From positions 30,134 through 94,133 of IMG/VR virus record IMGVR_UViG_2919367315_000003: a stretch of DNA of 64,000 nucleotides; one strand, 5' to 3'. This document shows positions 19,196 through 29,340 of this stretch, piece by piece. Source of the DNA: a virus (taxonomy: Duplodnaviria; Heunggongvirae; Uroviricota; Caudoviricetes). The notes below the pieces were generated by a model. That model did not search any database and was not told where the DNA came from. It worked only from the letters and a program-made list of their open reading frames with translations. Within the stretch, counting starts at the first letter, position 1. Every line of letters starts with the position of its first letter. A program made the position numbers and the translations under genes.

Positions 19196-20262
19196 TGAGG
19201 AACACCTTGGTTGGAATAACTTAATAATTGCTTTCTCATTATTCTGTTATCTTCTTCTAATTTAAAAGTTTTACTTTCTAATTCACATATAAGTTCTCTT
19301 TGTTCCATTATCATTGCAGTGTAATCATTTTCATCAAATTGTAATTGTTTGAAAATACTTTCATTGCTAATATTAGCTACCTGTCTCATGCCTTCGCTAG
19401 TTTCAATATCGAAAATATTCACATCTGACTCTTCAAATCCTTTTTCTTGTAGCTGTTTTATGATTCCAGTCAATGTTCCAGCGCCCTTGCTTTTGTTATT
19501 ATTGTGATTAACAGAAATACCATTGTCTTTAGCAAGTGCCAAAACAGATTTATACATCTTATCTTTGGCATCTATTAATGATTTAATGATCCCAGCATTA
19601 TCGGTTAACATTTTTACATCAGATGTCATAGATGATATCGTGTTATTGATCTTATCTAATTGATTAAATGTTTTTACTATTTCAATAACAGTGGGGAGCT
19701 TAAAACCATCTTCAAGTGTACTTTCATCTAAGAAGTCAACAAGTTTATTGTATAAATGTCGTTTATCCTGTTCATTTTCAAACTCGAACGGATCATATCC
19801 AACCATTTTTATTACATCTTTTCTGTTGTTGTCTTGCATTTCTACTTCAAAAGTATTTAGTTCATTATCATTGCTTTCTTCGTTGTTCCTATTTTTTAGT
19901 TCTACATTTGAAACTGTTTGGTCACTATCTTTCCAAGTTAGCTCTCTATACTTGGGCAATCCGAGTGTTTTCATATATATGCCAAAAAGATCATGATTTT
20001 TTAACTTCGCTTCTTCCTCAGAAGAAATCCATAAGCTATGTATGAATGGTCTGTTGATTTGCATAAGTATATCTTTTGCGGTGTTTAAATCATCATAGTT
20101 AATCGAGTTCTTTAAACAATTTTTACAAACACTCAGCCGACCATCACTATCGAATTTATTGTAGGACTTATAAAAATACGAAAGAGCCAAGCTTTTCTCG
20201 CAAGAAATGCATATCTTCTTACTATCAGCCAATACTTCACCTTCTTTGCATAGAAGAAACAT
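19192..20262 (-). CDS. Probable terminase small subunit (YonG-like) with N-terminal Zn finger
   Basis: CISC...CKNC; overlaps the TerL start; synteny. Confidence 0.6.
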   Translation of the reverse strand: MFLLCKEGEVLADSKKICISCEKSLALSYFYKSYNKFDSDGRLSVCKNCLKNSINYDDLNTAKDILMQINRPFIHSLWISSEEEAKLKNHDLFGIYMKTLGLPKYRELTWKDSDQTVSNVELKNRNNEESNDNELNTFEVEMQDNNRKDVIKMVGYDPFEFENEQDKRHLYNKLVDFLDESTLEDGFKLPTVIEIVKTFNQLDKINNTISSMTSDVKMLTDNAGIIKSLIDAKDKMYKSVLALAKDNGISVNHNNNKSKGAGTLTGIIKQLQEKGFEESDVNIFDIETSEGMRQVANISNESIFKQLQFDENDYTAMIMEQRELICELESKTFKLEEDNRIMRKQLLSYSNQGVPQ

Positions 20263-20357
20263 AATAAAATTCCCATTTGATTGTGAAAAAGCATGGGGTG
20301 GGAGGGAGTAGCCTGTTTAAAGACGGGAGTCTCCCCATGAGAAACAAATAATAAAAA

Positions 20358-20375
20358 GCCTGATAAGACTCAGGC
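20358..20375 (-). terminator. Intrinsic terminator
   Basis: GCCTGA-N6-TCAGGC followed by TTTTTATT. Confidence 0.6.
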
Positions 20376-20405
20376 ATTTGATTTATGTATTCCTCAAACT
20401 CTTGG

Positions 20406-20675
20406 TTATTTCAATTTATTCACAATCTTCGTAATTTCCTCAGGAGTGACAATTTGTTTTGCTCTTTTGTCAGTTCGATTGCCATAAATAAATGCTGCTC
20501 CATCTTCGGCATAATAAACCACTGATTGTTTGTTAATCACTGGGTATCCGTGTTCTTCTTCAATATCTACTTCAACAATTTTCTTGTTTAGGGCGTACTC
20601 TTCAGCTACCTCAAAATCATTTACTACATGTAAAATTTGATATTTGTCTAAATATGCGTACATTTTTTCCTCCAA
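20406..20675 (-). CDS. Hypothetical protein (89 aa)
   Basis: ORF in operon orientation. Confidence 0.55.
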   Translation of the reverse strand: MEEKMYAYLDKYQILHVVNDFEVAEEYALNKKIVEVDIEEEHGYPVINKQSVVYYAEDGAAFIYGNRTDKRAKQIVTPEEITKIVNKLK

Positions 20676-20690
20676 AGGTATATATGAATT

Positions 20691-21878
20691 TTATTTTATT
20701 TCTTGTAAATTGATATCAATTTTGTACTCAATTCGTCCATCTTCATTAAAGATGTGCATTTTTTGCATTGCGTCCGCATACATACGCTTACTGATTGCGT
20801 AAGAATCTGCGCCGCAAAGACTGCCGTTAGAAATCACAGTTGTTCTACCAAAATCTTTTACTGTATCGTGATGAATGTGGCCCTGAAAGAGATATTGAGG
20901 GATCACTCCGAGGAATTGAGGTAATTGTCGAGCGGCACTTGAGACATGATCTAAATCGCCATGCACATATATGTGAGGCTTTTCAAATGATTCATCGATG
21001 AAATAACCATCTTCACCTTTTAATAGTTCAATATTGTCGAATTCTCTAAGGCGAGTTTCCATATACCAAGGAATAATATTTTCAAAATTCTCTTTTAATA
21101 TTGCTTCATTTTTACTTTGAAAAGTTCGACTGTGATTACCGATTAGATTTATAACTCTTACTTTCGGTACATACTTAGATATCTCTGCAACTGCTTCTGA
21201 TAATCTCTCTGATATGTATTGAGTTTGAGAAATTACGTCCTCACTTTGTTCAATTCTTGAAGTAAGATGGATAAATCCAGCAATCTGGTCTCCGATAGAA
21301 GCAATTGTTAACTCATCAACATTGTGCTTTTGACAATAATAAATCGTTTTGGATACAAGATGATTAAATCTTTTATCAAACACATGTGGATTATATTTGT
21401 TTAAAGAGTTATCTGATTCTTGACCGTAATGAAAATCAGAAAAAAGAACGTTTGCGCGAATATAGGAGGGACTCTCTATGACAGGAGAGTAGGGAAGAGG
21501 CTTAACTTGTTCAAGTCGCTTGACGCTAGATGAAATTTCATCTTTTAAGTGTTCAAACTTAGCAATCATTTTGATTTTATTATTGAATTCGCGTTTTTGA
21601 TCTTGAAATTGATACTTTTGTTTTTGTAATTCAATAGTTTTATCTTCAATTTCGCGTCTATATTCATCGGTTGACGACTTTTTCACGCCAATCGAAATAC
21701 CACGAGTAAGTAAGTGGTATTCTTTACGATATTTCGATTCCGTGAAATCTTCATTGAGAAATTCATTCATAAGCGTAGCAATTTTACTCCAAGATAAGCC
21801 TAACTCGTCTTTATTGGAGCCAATTCGTATAAGGTATTCCTCGTATGTCTCGTTATGCAGAGGTGTTAAAGGAGTCAT
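20691..21878 (-). CDS. Metallophosphoesterase with N-terminal HTH-like region (YonJ-like)
   Basis: SDFHYG, GDQIAG, GNH, HGD, GHIH calcineurin-like motifs. Confidence 0.8.
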   Translation of the reverse strand: MTPLTPLHNETYEEYLIRIGSNKDELGLSWSKIATLMNEFLNEDFTESKYRKEYHLLTRGISIGVKKSSTDEYRREIEDKTIELQKQKYQFQDQKREFNNKIKMIAKFEHLKDEISSSVKRLEQVKPLPYSPVIESPSYIRANVLFSDFHYGQESDNSLNKYNPHVFDKRFNHLVSKTIYYCQKHNVDELTIASIGDQIAGFIHLTSRIEQSEDVISQTQYISERLSEAVAEISKYVPKVRVINLIGNHSRTFQSKNEAILKENFENIIPWYMETRLREFDNIELLKGEDGYFIDESFEKPHIYVHGDLDHVSSAARQLPQFLGVIPQYLFQGHIHHDTVKDFGRTTVISNGSLCGADSYAISKRMYADAMQKMHIFNEDGRIEYKIDINLQEIK

Positions 21879-21882
21879 TCAT

Positions 21883-22053
21883 TTACTCCTCTTCAATTTC
21901 TAGACCAACTGGAATTTCATAATCTTCAATCGGAGCAACCTTGATTTTTTCACCATCAATTGTAATGGTAATCTTGGAGGCATTAGGGTATAGACCAAAG
22001 GCTGCTTCCCGAATTCCATTCAAACCAACCAATTTTTCTTTATTCGATTCCAT
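21883..22053 (-). CDS. Small hypothetical protein (56 aa, MNRNKKKLVGLNGIREAAFG...)
   Basis: Translated by hand; RBS AGGGAG. Confidence 0.6.
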   Translation of the reverse strand: MESNKEKLVGLNGIREAAFGLYPNASKITITIDGEKIKVAPIEDYEIPVGLEIEEE

Positions 22054-22084
22054 ATGTATTTAACTCCCTAATAATATGTATTTT

Positions 22085-22510
22085 ATTTACCAGTCTAACT
22101 GATCTGCTTCTGCAACTTACCTCGATTGGGTAGAATAGAAGAGGGGTGATCAACCCCTCGAACTTTTAATTTGCCCCGGACGGGGACTCAATACAATGCA
22201 TGGATGTTGCGGATTCCTTTGTTCAAGGCTTAGTTAAGAATTGAGTCAATGCGGGGCGGCGTATCCCGATCTCTGGTAACTTACCTTATTACATACAGTA
22301 AGCGTATAGATAACCTTTTCTACCTAATTGACTTATATTTGGCTTGTGCCAACTTTACCGCTCACTCTTATATGGTGGTGAAACACCAAATAAATCTAAG
22401 GCTCTATAATGTTAATGGGCAACTTTAAGAAATGGGTGAACACGGAGATTATAATCCCCCCGGAAGGGAACGCCACGTTGTCCTATGGCGCGAACCATAA
22501 ACGGTTCTAT
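22085..22510 (-). ncRNA. Candidate large structured non-coding RNA
   Basis: No long ORF; 158/360 = 44% GC by hand count over 22141-22500; at least ten hairpins plus a long-range GACTCAAT/ATTGAGTC stem; G-U pairs favour the minus strand. Confidence 0.55.
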
Positions 22511-22533
22511 ATATGTATGTAAACTCTATAAAA

Positions 22534-22857
22534 TTACTGTTTTACTGTATCTTTTAGCGCTTTAGCGGCTTTAAATGCAGGCTTTTTCGACGCAGCGATA
22601 GCAATAGTAGCTTGTGTTTTGGCTGTTTCGGTATCTACACCTTGCTCTTTGAGTTCTGCTAGTAGTTTCGGATTAATGCCGTTTCGAGCAGCGGTTTCAC
22701 GCACCTCAAATGTACCAAAGCCAGCAATCTTAACTTCTTCGCCTTTAGCCAATGCACTTGTAATAGTAGCAAGTGTAGATTCTACTACAGCTTCAACGTC
22801 TTTTTTTGTGTAACCTGTAGTTTCTGCAATCACTTTTACCAATTCTGTTTTGTTCAT
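22534..22857 (-). CDS. hup: HU-family DNA-binding protein (YonN/Hbs-like) with arm insertion
   Basis: MNKTELVKVIAE...GEEVKIAGFGTFEVRETAARNGINP...KPAFKAAKALKD; RBS AAGGGAG places the start at 22857. Confidence 0.9.
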   Translation of the reverse strand: MNKTELVKVIAETTGYTKKDVEAVVESTLATITSALAKGEEVKIAGFGTFEVRETAARNGINPKLLAELKEQGVDTETAKTQATIAIAASKKPAFKAAKALKDTVKQ

Positions 22858-23026
22858 AGTTATATAATCTCCCTTTATATTGTTTTTGTTAGTTTGGTGG
22901 GGGAATGTAAAGATCTCTTCGCTTTGTATATCAGTCAAAACTTGTCCCCCTTAAAGACTATTAAGAGAACTGAATAAAAGTTCAAAAAATCCTTTTAAAC
23001 ATTGGGTTTTATGTATATTGTTATTT

Positions 23027-25627
23027 TTATGTCTCACGGGGACAATTTTTGCTTCTTTGATTTCTCTTTTTATCTCGCTCTTTTTCCTTTCGCACTATTC
23101 TGAAACAGTCGTCACAATAAATTTGACGCTGTTTAGTTATAGCATAATCAATTCCACATCTTTTGCATGTTCCCATTTTATTTAGATTTCTCAATAAATT
23201 CTCTACAATAATATCACCGAATGACGACCATAAAGTTGTTTTAAAATTGCTTTTTTTGTTGTTATACAGGTATTCAATTAATATATCTACAATTTCTTTT
23301 TTATTCTTTTTACTACTTGAAAATATACTTTCTCTTATTAATGAATAATGAAATAAGTCGTCATTTGACTTCGTGGCTCCATCATTAGAAAACATAAATT
23401 TCTTATTTTTATCTAACTTCGTATAAGTGTCAATTACATTATCATCGATTAGTACTGGCCTTGTAGGGTCACTCAGCAAAAGATTATAGTTGAATTTACC
23501 AAGACCAGCATTTCTAAAACTAATTCTAGGATTGGGTACAAGGTTTGAAAGACGATTCATTACGCTCTTATTAGAAACTTCAACTTTATTCTCATCCTTG
23601 TCTTTTGCATACATAAAAAATTTAGGTGCTTTTGTTTTAGTGTGATTTAATATAATTTTCTTTATTTGTTCTGGACGTTCTGGTTTGTACAGTGTTTTTG
23701 CATAGTCGATTGTAAAGTTGTTTTCCATACACAGAATTTTAATAACATTAAGATCAATATTATCACTGTTCCAAATCTTAGTAATGTCGTTGCTAATAAT
23801 TCCAATGTTTCCCCCCGTATAAGCAGCATTTAATCCGTTAAATATGCTTTTACTATTAATAAGTTCCGCTCCTGCTTTAGCCATCTCATAATATAAGGGG
23901 TATATACCTTGCATATTTCTTTTTGCGGCATTAACAAGCGTTTTGTCACAACATACCAATGCTTTGTCACCATCATTATCAAACATTAGAATCTTACTTA
24001 TGGGATCATGAATACTGGTATACAAGCTCTTAGTTACAAACCACCGTTTCATCTCTTTATTCTTAGTATTTTTCCTTACAGCATGTTCTCTATAAAGATG
24101 TGGACTTCTCAGGCAATCTAAATCTATAGCATTTTCGAATAAATCGCAAAATACTTCTGTATTCTTTAATAACCCTTTGGGTTGGTCAATTCCCAAGAAA
24201 AGATACTCACAAAAAGCATATAGGTCGGGACTTATAAAAGTATACTTGCCATTTACATCAATCTTTCCAGCTTTAGCATGTTTAATTAAGCTTTTTTTCA
24301 CTTGTTTAATTGTTTCTTTGCTATAGGTATCGTTTAATAGCTCTGGATAAACTTCCAATGCTTTTTGAAAATTATTTTTATTCCTGTTGTAGCTTGTAAC
24401 TCCCAAGGTTTTCAGCATTGTATTTTTGTCAGTTCCAATATTATGAATATCTTGTATAGTTTCAGAGCTTATGATTTCTAGTTCTTGGTCTGTTATATCG
24501 GTTAACGTTTGCAACATTTGATAGTTCAATTTTGCATTCCCAATAGTAGCATCCTCTTCATTACACTTTCCGGCTTGACAGTTATGAATCAGATATTTAT
24601 CTATGTATTCTGACCAAGAATTATAGTATTTCCACATTTTAAATTGACTCTTTGTAAAAATAACCTCGATTTCCTCTTTTAATACGTCATGCTCTTTACC
24701 ATAGATATCCTTGATAATTCCATACTTACTGTAACCTTGTTGTTTGTTTTTTTCTCTTAAAAATTTATCAAAGGGAAAGGGGACTAGTAACCCTTTGACC
24801 CAAGGAAGACGAATCATCATTGCTTTTTTACTTTTGCGCGGTAAAATCATTCCGCAACCATCTGTATGCTCAATGGGTACATCCATAGTTTTGCGTTCAA
24901 TTTTATATGTTTTATCTGAAATGAAGTCAACGGTAGTTTTTAAAGTTGTAGTCATGTCATCAACAACAATGGATTTATTAATATCAAAATCAAGCCATTG
25001 CTCAGTTGCACTATTACAAAGAGCTAGGTAAGCCAAGTACTTGTTAATGTTCACGCCACCAAGTTCATTGATTCTATCAATCGTTAGTCCACACATTAAT
25101 GTACATTGATACCTATGAAAAACTGATTCTTTTATAAACACTGTTTTTTTTGTTCTAATTTGCCCAGCACTTGCTGTAAAGCAAACATATTTCTCATTAT
25201 TATAGAGGAATCCGTTAACAATAATATCCTCCAGTACATCAAAGAAATATGTTTGAACTATAATTATATCTCTAAACAAACTATTTTCTTTGATTTGAAG
25301 CACTCTAGTCAGAGTTGAGTCAAATACAGATACAATATTCTTCAGATTATTGCTATCTACTTCGCTTGGACGAAGAGACCTAATGGTTTTGTTGGATCTA
25401 AAAAGCGTATAAAGCAACTCTTTTGATTTCTTTATTCGTCTATTGGTGTATTTTATGTAGCAGTTAACTTTATTTAATAAAAGTTCATCATTTGATTTCT
25501 TATTTTTTATTTCTTTTAATGTAGATCTAAATTTATAATTTCTTTTTTGTCTTCTATGTATTTTCATTTCTTCTTCATTATAAAACGCGCTAGTATCAAC
25601 ACTAAATACATGTACTTGTTTGTTCAA
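23027..25627 (-). CDS. yonO: YonO-like single-subunit phage DNA-dependent RNA polymerase
   Basis: FTASAGQIRTKK, TDGCG, IRLPWVKGLL, LRSPHL, catalytic DNDGD (DxDGD); C-terminal CxxC...CxxC; synteny upstream of HU and packaging genes. Confidence 0.88.
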   Translation of the reverse strand: MNKQVHVFSVDTSAFYNEEEMKIHRRQKRNYKFRSTLKEIKNKKSNDELLLNKVNCYIKYTNRRIKKSKELLYTLFRSNKTIRSLRPSEVDSNNLKNIVSVFDSTLTRVLQIKENSLFRDIIIVQTYFFDVLEDIIVNGFLYNNEKYVCFTASAGQIRTKKTVFIKESVFHRYQCTLMCGLTIDRINELGGVNINKYLAYLALCNSATEQWLDFDINKSIVVDDMTTTLKTTVDFISDKTYKIERKTMDVPIEHTDGCGMILPRKSKKAMMIRLPWVKGLLVPFPFDKFLREKNKQQGYSKYGIIKDIYGKEHDVLKEEIEVIFTKSQFKMWKYYNSWSEYIDKYLIHNCQAGKCNEEDATIGNAKLNYQMLQTLTDITDQELEIISSETIQDIHNIGTDKNTMLKTLGVTSYNRNKNNFQKALEVYPELLNDTYSKETIKQVKKSLIKHAKAGKIDVNGKYTFISPDLYAFCEYLFLGIDQPKGLLKNTEVFCDLFENAIDLDCLRSPHLYREHAVRKNTKNKEMKRWFVTKSLYTSIHDPISKILMFDNDGDKALVCCDKTLVNAAKRNMQGIYPLYYEMAKAGAELINSKSIFNGLNAAYTGGNIGIISNDITKIWNSDNIDLNVIKILCMENNFTIDYAKTLYKPERPEQIKKIILNHTKTKAPKFFMYAKDKDENKVEVSNKSVMNRLSNLVPNPRISFRNAGLGKFNYNLLLSDPTRPVLIDDNVIDTYTKLDKNKKFMFSNDGATKSNDDLFHYSLIRESIFSSSKKNKKEIVDILIEYLYNNKKSNFKTTLWSSFGDIIVENLLRNLNKMGTCKRCGIDYAITKQRQIYCDDCFRIVRKEKERDKKRNQRSKNCPRET

Positions 25628-25866
25628 ATTAATAGTTTATTCTCCTTTCCATTGATAGTAGTTGGCTCATATGGCTCTCTATAATACTTCTTTTGCGCTT
25701 CATTCTTTAACCAAATTACTTCATCATCCATATATGTATAATCTACTTCTTCAATGTCTATATCTAGTGAGACATCTCTTTTATCATAGTAATCTAACTC
25801 ATATCCATCATAGTACAAATCCTCCCATGTAATAGTTGAGTGATTTCCTTTATTATTTTTGTGCAT
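25624..25866 (-). CDS. Acidic hypothetical protein
   Basis: RBS GAGG; overlaps the RNAP start. Confidence 0.55.
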   Translation of the reverse strand: MHKNNKGNHSTITWEDLYYDGYELDYYDKRDVSLDIDIEEVDYTYMDDEVIWLKNEAQKKYYREPYEPTTINGKENKLLI

Positions 25867-26015
25867 TATGTATTTTTATTCCTCTCGAGATATATTTTCA
25901 GAGACGATCAATCTCTGTATAAACAATATAACACGATGGATTTATAAACGTCAATAAAATAATTATTTTCATTATATTTACTTGTATAATCATAAGATGT
26001 ATAATAGATATAAAG

Positions 26016-27089
26016 ATGAAAGGGGGGCGCGATATGAACGTAGCATCGACTAATAATGTAGTAGGATTACATACTAATAGAGTATTTGAGAGTATTTCAG
26101 CCTATTTAATGAAGGTTGAGAGAAGAAGTGAACATACGCGTTATAACTATGAAGTTGCTATTCGCAGATTCTTTATGTGGCACGCAAAAAAAAGTATAGA
26201 GGACTTAGAAGTAAAAGACCTCGATATCTTAAATGAACGAATGATTAGATATCAAGCTCATCTACTGGACGATTATGATTATGGACATAACTATGTAAAT
26301 GCACTGGTGGCCCCAATCGTTAAACTGTATGAACATTTGTCTCGAAACAGATATAACGTAAAGGCTGAAGATGTCCGTTTAGACAAGCTCTCAGACGATG
26401 GAGAGAGCTATGGCAAACTAACCGTAAAAGAAGCGGAGACAATGGCAAAGTTAGCAATGAAACAAAAAAAAGGACAAGAGAAAGCCACTCTCATAAGGGT
26501 TGCATATACAACCAGTTTCAGAAAATCTAGTTTGTTGCATATAAAGTGGTCTGATATATATTTAGACGCGAATAGCCAAAATTATATTGTGAAAATAATT
26601 GGTAAAGGAAATAAAAAACATTCTCGCCCTTTGTCTCCTGATCTATATAATGAGATGTTAAAAATAAAAGAACAGACGTATTATAAAAAGTATAATGATA
26701 ACTATGTATTCCACCTGTCAGATAATACAATTCTAGCGATGATGAAAAATTTAAGAGCTGAAATGAACATTTCTGAAGATAGAAATATAGTTTTTCATAG
26801 TTTTAGGAATGTAGCAGCAAACTATATTAAGGAAACGGGGGGAGATATAGAGGAGATCAGAAGTCAACTTGGTCATTCGAACTATTCATCACTGAGACAC
26901 TATATGTCTGATGATGAAGATTATGCGAATATGGCAGGTATTCGAATGCTGGAATATATTGATGATAATATTCTAGAAAAGCTGAACAAAGAAGAATTAT
27001 TACAAATCATTAATCAACAAAGCGAATCCATTAAAATTATATTGCAAAGAGAAGCTAAAAAAATAATTAGCAAAAAGGAGAATAAATAG
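26016..27089 (+). CDS. Tyrosine recombinase/integrase family protein
   Basis: Full catalytic set: FRK, GKG, HSFR, LGH, RHY. Confidence 0.9.
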   Translation: MKGGRDMNVASTNNVVGLHTNRVFESISAYLMKVERRSEHTRYNYEVAIRRFFMWHAKKSIEDLEVKDLDILNERMIRYQAHLLDDYDYGHNYVNALVAPIVKLYEHLSRNRYNVKAEDVRLDKLSDDGESYGKLTVKEAETMAKLAMKQKKGQEKATLIRVAYTTSFRKSSLLHIKWSDIYLDANSQNYIVKIIGKGNKKHSRPLSPDLYNEMLKIKEQTYYKKYNDNYVFHLSDNTILAMMKNLRAEMNISEDRNIVFHSFRNVAANYIKETGGDIEEIRSQLGHSNYSSLRHYMSDDEDYANMAGIRMLEYIDDNILEKLNKEELLQIINQQSESIKIILQREAKKIISKKENK

Positions 27090-27090
27090 T

Positions 27091-29340
27091 TTGAATGATA
27101 TTATTGAGTTAAAATTAACCCCTGAAAAAATGATGTTCCCTAAAAGAGAAGCAGATAACAAGAATGATTTTAGAATATATTCATGCAACACTCGAAGTAC
27201 GGAGGTTAAACTGAATCCATATAACAATTTATCGATTAAAGGTATTATGCAGAGGTTGGATTTGGGAGTAGAGTATGATGCACAAATCCAATTAGATAAG
27301 ATTGATCCGCAATATGGAGCAAGCTACAATGTGTTATCGATCTATCAGGATATTCCTGAAACATTAGAGGGGCAAAGCGCATTTCTGGCAACATTGATGA
27401 CTGAGTTGCAATTAAAGGAAGTATATAAAACATATCCTGAAGATAATATTCTACAATTGATAATTGATGATAAATTTGACTATAAAAAAGTGATAAATTT
27501 TGGACCAGTCGTGTACGGTAAAATCAGAGAACGTGTCATGGAGAATCTGGTATATAAAGAAATCTTGAGTAAGTTGGGGAAATACGGAATAACGTACGAT
27601 GTGATTTTAAAGCTTGAATTAGTATTTGGGAGTAAAGAATTAGCTATACAAAAAATAGAAGACAATCCATACGAACTGACCAGACTCCAAGGATTTGGAT
27701 TTAAAAGAGCTGATAAGATAGCAAAGTTGATGGGATTTTCTCATGATAATCCACAAAGAATCAAGTATGGTATAAGGTTTGCGCTCGATGAAAATCAACA
27801 AGGTGGACACACATTTATGTATAGGGAAGACCTCTTACGAAGTGCTTCAGAAAAATTAGAAATTGAAATAGAAATGATTGACAACTTACTAGATCAAACA
27901 GATGAACTTAAATTTATTGGAGACAAGATATCTCTTTTAAAAACATATAACGCCGAATACTACATAGCTAAAAGATTCAAAGAAATGTTGAATAGAGATG
28001 ATGAGTTAGAATTTAATGCAGAAGAATACATAAAAGAAATAGAAGAAAATAATAAAGAGACATTGAAAAACGGATTAACGCATCAACAAAAAGACTTTTT
28101 TAGAAATATACAAAAACATTCCATTAACTTGTTGGTAGGATATGCAGGTACAGGAAAATCACAGTTGCAAAAATTCCTTGTTGATTTACTAAATAAGTTA
28201 AAGCTAACATATGTATTGTTATCACCTTCTGCAAAAGCAGCAAAAGTTACAAAGAAGTATACAAATGCAGACGCACAAACAATACATAGAAGGATTGGCT
28301 ATGGTATGGATAAGGCCGAAGAACAGATGTATGAAATTTACGAAGACTTTGTAGTTATTGATGAATCTGGAATGACAGACGTATTTATCCTATCTTCACT
28401 TTTAGCTAAAATAAGAAATCCTAAAACAAGATTGCTATTTGTTGGGGATGATTTTCAGTTGTTATCAATTCAGGCAGGAAATTTTCTGCACGATGTAATA
28501 GAGAGTGGAGTAATACCGATGACCAAATTGGATATCGTATTTCGCCAAGGAGAAGGGGGAATCCTAGATATAGCAACTAAGATTCGTCAAGGAGAGTCGT
28601 TTGTTGATAAAGATTTTGATGGAAAGAGACTTTTCGGAAATAACCTATTATTGCATTGTGTTGAGCAGATACATATGGAGTCAGGATACAGAAGTTATTA
28701 CAAAGTATTACTCAATAGTTTTAAACCTGAGGATATTATGGTGTTATCCCCAACAAAAAAAGGTAAGTTGGGTACGATTGAAATAAATAAATATATACAA
28801 TCATTAGTCAATCCCCCAGACGAAAATAAAATACAGTATGAATATGGATATGATAACGTTATTAGAGTTGGAGATTATATCCTTAACACAGTTAATATGT
28901 ATCGCATTGCCAGTATGCTTGAGGAAGCTGTTGATGTTGTTAACGGTGATTCGGGTAAGGTGATAGATATAAAGATAGAAGATGACAGAAAGCCAGAAAA
29001 AGATGATGATTTAACCGAGAAAGAAAAGAAAGGCATTATAATAAAGATTGATGATGAAATGATTAGATTAGATTTATCGTTAGCAACTCAACTTTTATCT
29101 GCATGGTCTCTTACTATACATAAATCACAAGGCAGCTCGGCAGAAGCCACTTTGATTGTTGTCGATAGATCAAATAAATTTCAAATCAGTGCGAATCTGA
29201 TATATACAGCTGTCACAAGAAGTGTGCACAAGTGTATCCTATTAACTCAAGCAGAAACTTTAAACTATGCTATAAGAAAGGTAGACAGCATGAGAAGAAA
29301 TACTCATCTGTGTGATTTACTCAAAATTAATTATGAATGA
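27091..29340 (+). CDS. RecD2-like SF1B helicase
   Basis: HhH NPYELTRLQGFGFKRAD, GYAGTGKS, IDESGM, VGDDFQL, FRQ, NGDSG, TIHKSQGS, YTAVTR. Confidence 0.9.
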   Translation: MNDIIELKLTPEKMMFPKREADNKNDFRIYSCNTRSTEVKLNPYNNLSIKGIMQRLDLGVEYDAQIQLDKIDPQYGASYNVLSIYQDIPETLEGQSAFLATLMTELQLKEVYKTYPEDNILQLIIDDKFDYKKVINFGPVVYGKIRERVMENLVYKEILSKLGKYGITYDVILKLELVFGSKELAIQKIEDNPYELTRLQGFGFKRADKIAKLMGFSHDNPQRIKYGIRFALDENQQGGHTFMYREDLLRSASEKLEIEIEMIDNLLDQTDELKFIGDKISLLKTYNAEYYIAKRFKEMLNRDDELEFNAEEYIKEIEENNKETLKNGLTHQQKDFFRNIQKHSINLLVGYAGTGKSQLQKFLVDLLNKLKLTYVLLSPSAKAAKVTKKYTNADAQTIHRRIGYGMDKAEEQMYEIYEDFVVIDESGMTDVFILSSLLAKIRNPKTRLLFVGDDFQLLSIQAGNFLHDVIESGVIPMTKLDIVFRQGEGGILDIATKIRQGESFVDKDFDGKRLFGNNLLLHCVEQIHMESGYRSYYKVLLNSFKPEDIMVLSPTKKGKLGTIEINKYIQSLVNPPDENKIQYEYGYDNVIRVGDYILNTVNMYRIASMLEEAVDVVNGDSGKVIDIKIEDDRKPEKDDDLTEKEKKGIIIKIDDEMIRLDLSLATQLLSAWSLTIHKSQGSSAEATLIVVDRSNKFQISANLIYTAVTRSVHKCILLTQAETLNYAIRKVDSMRRNTHLCDLLKINYE

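Noticed and set aside
22085-22510. tRNA genes or a group I/II intron
   Set aside because: T-arm-like hairpins exist (GGTTCGCGCC; GAGGGGTTGATCACCCCTC), but I could not build a full cloverleaf with acceptor stem and anticodon arm. No interrupted gene flanks the region.
22858-22938. N-terminal extension of HU given by the ORF track
   Set aside because: The strong RBS AAGGGAG precedes ATG 22857, and the canonical MNKTEL start is there.
17384-25627. Inteins or introns in the terminase or RNA polymerase
   Set aside because: Both ORFs are continuous and of ordinary length, with no intein C/S...HN ends or LAGLIDADG motifs.
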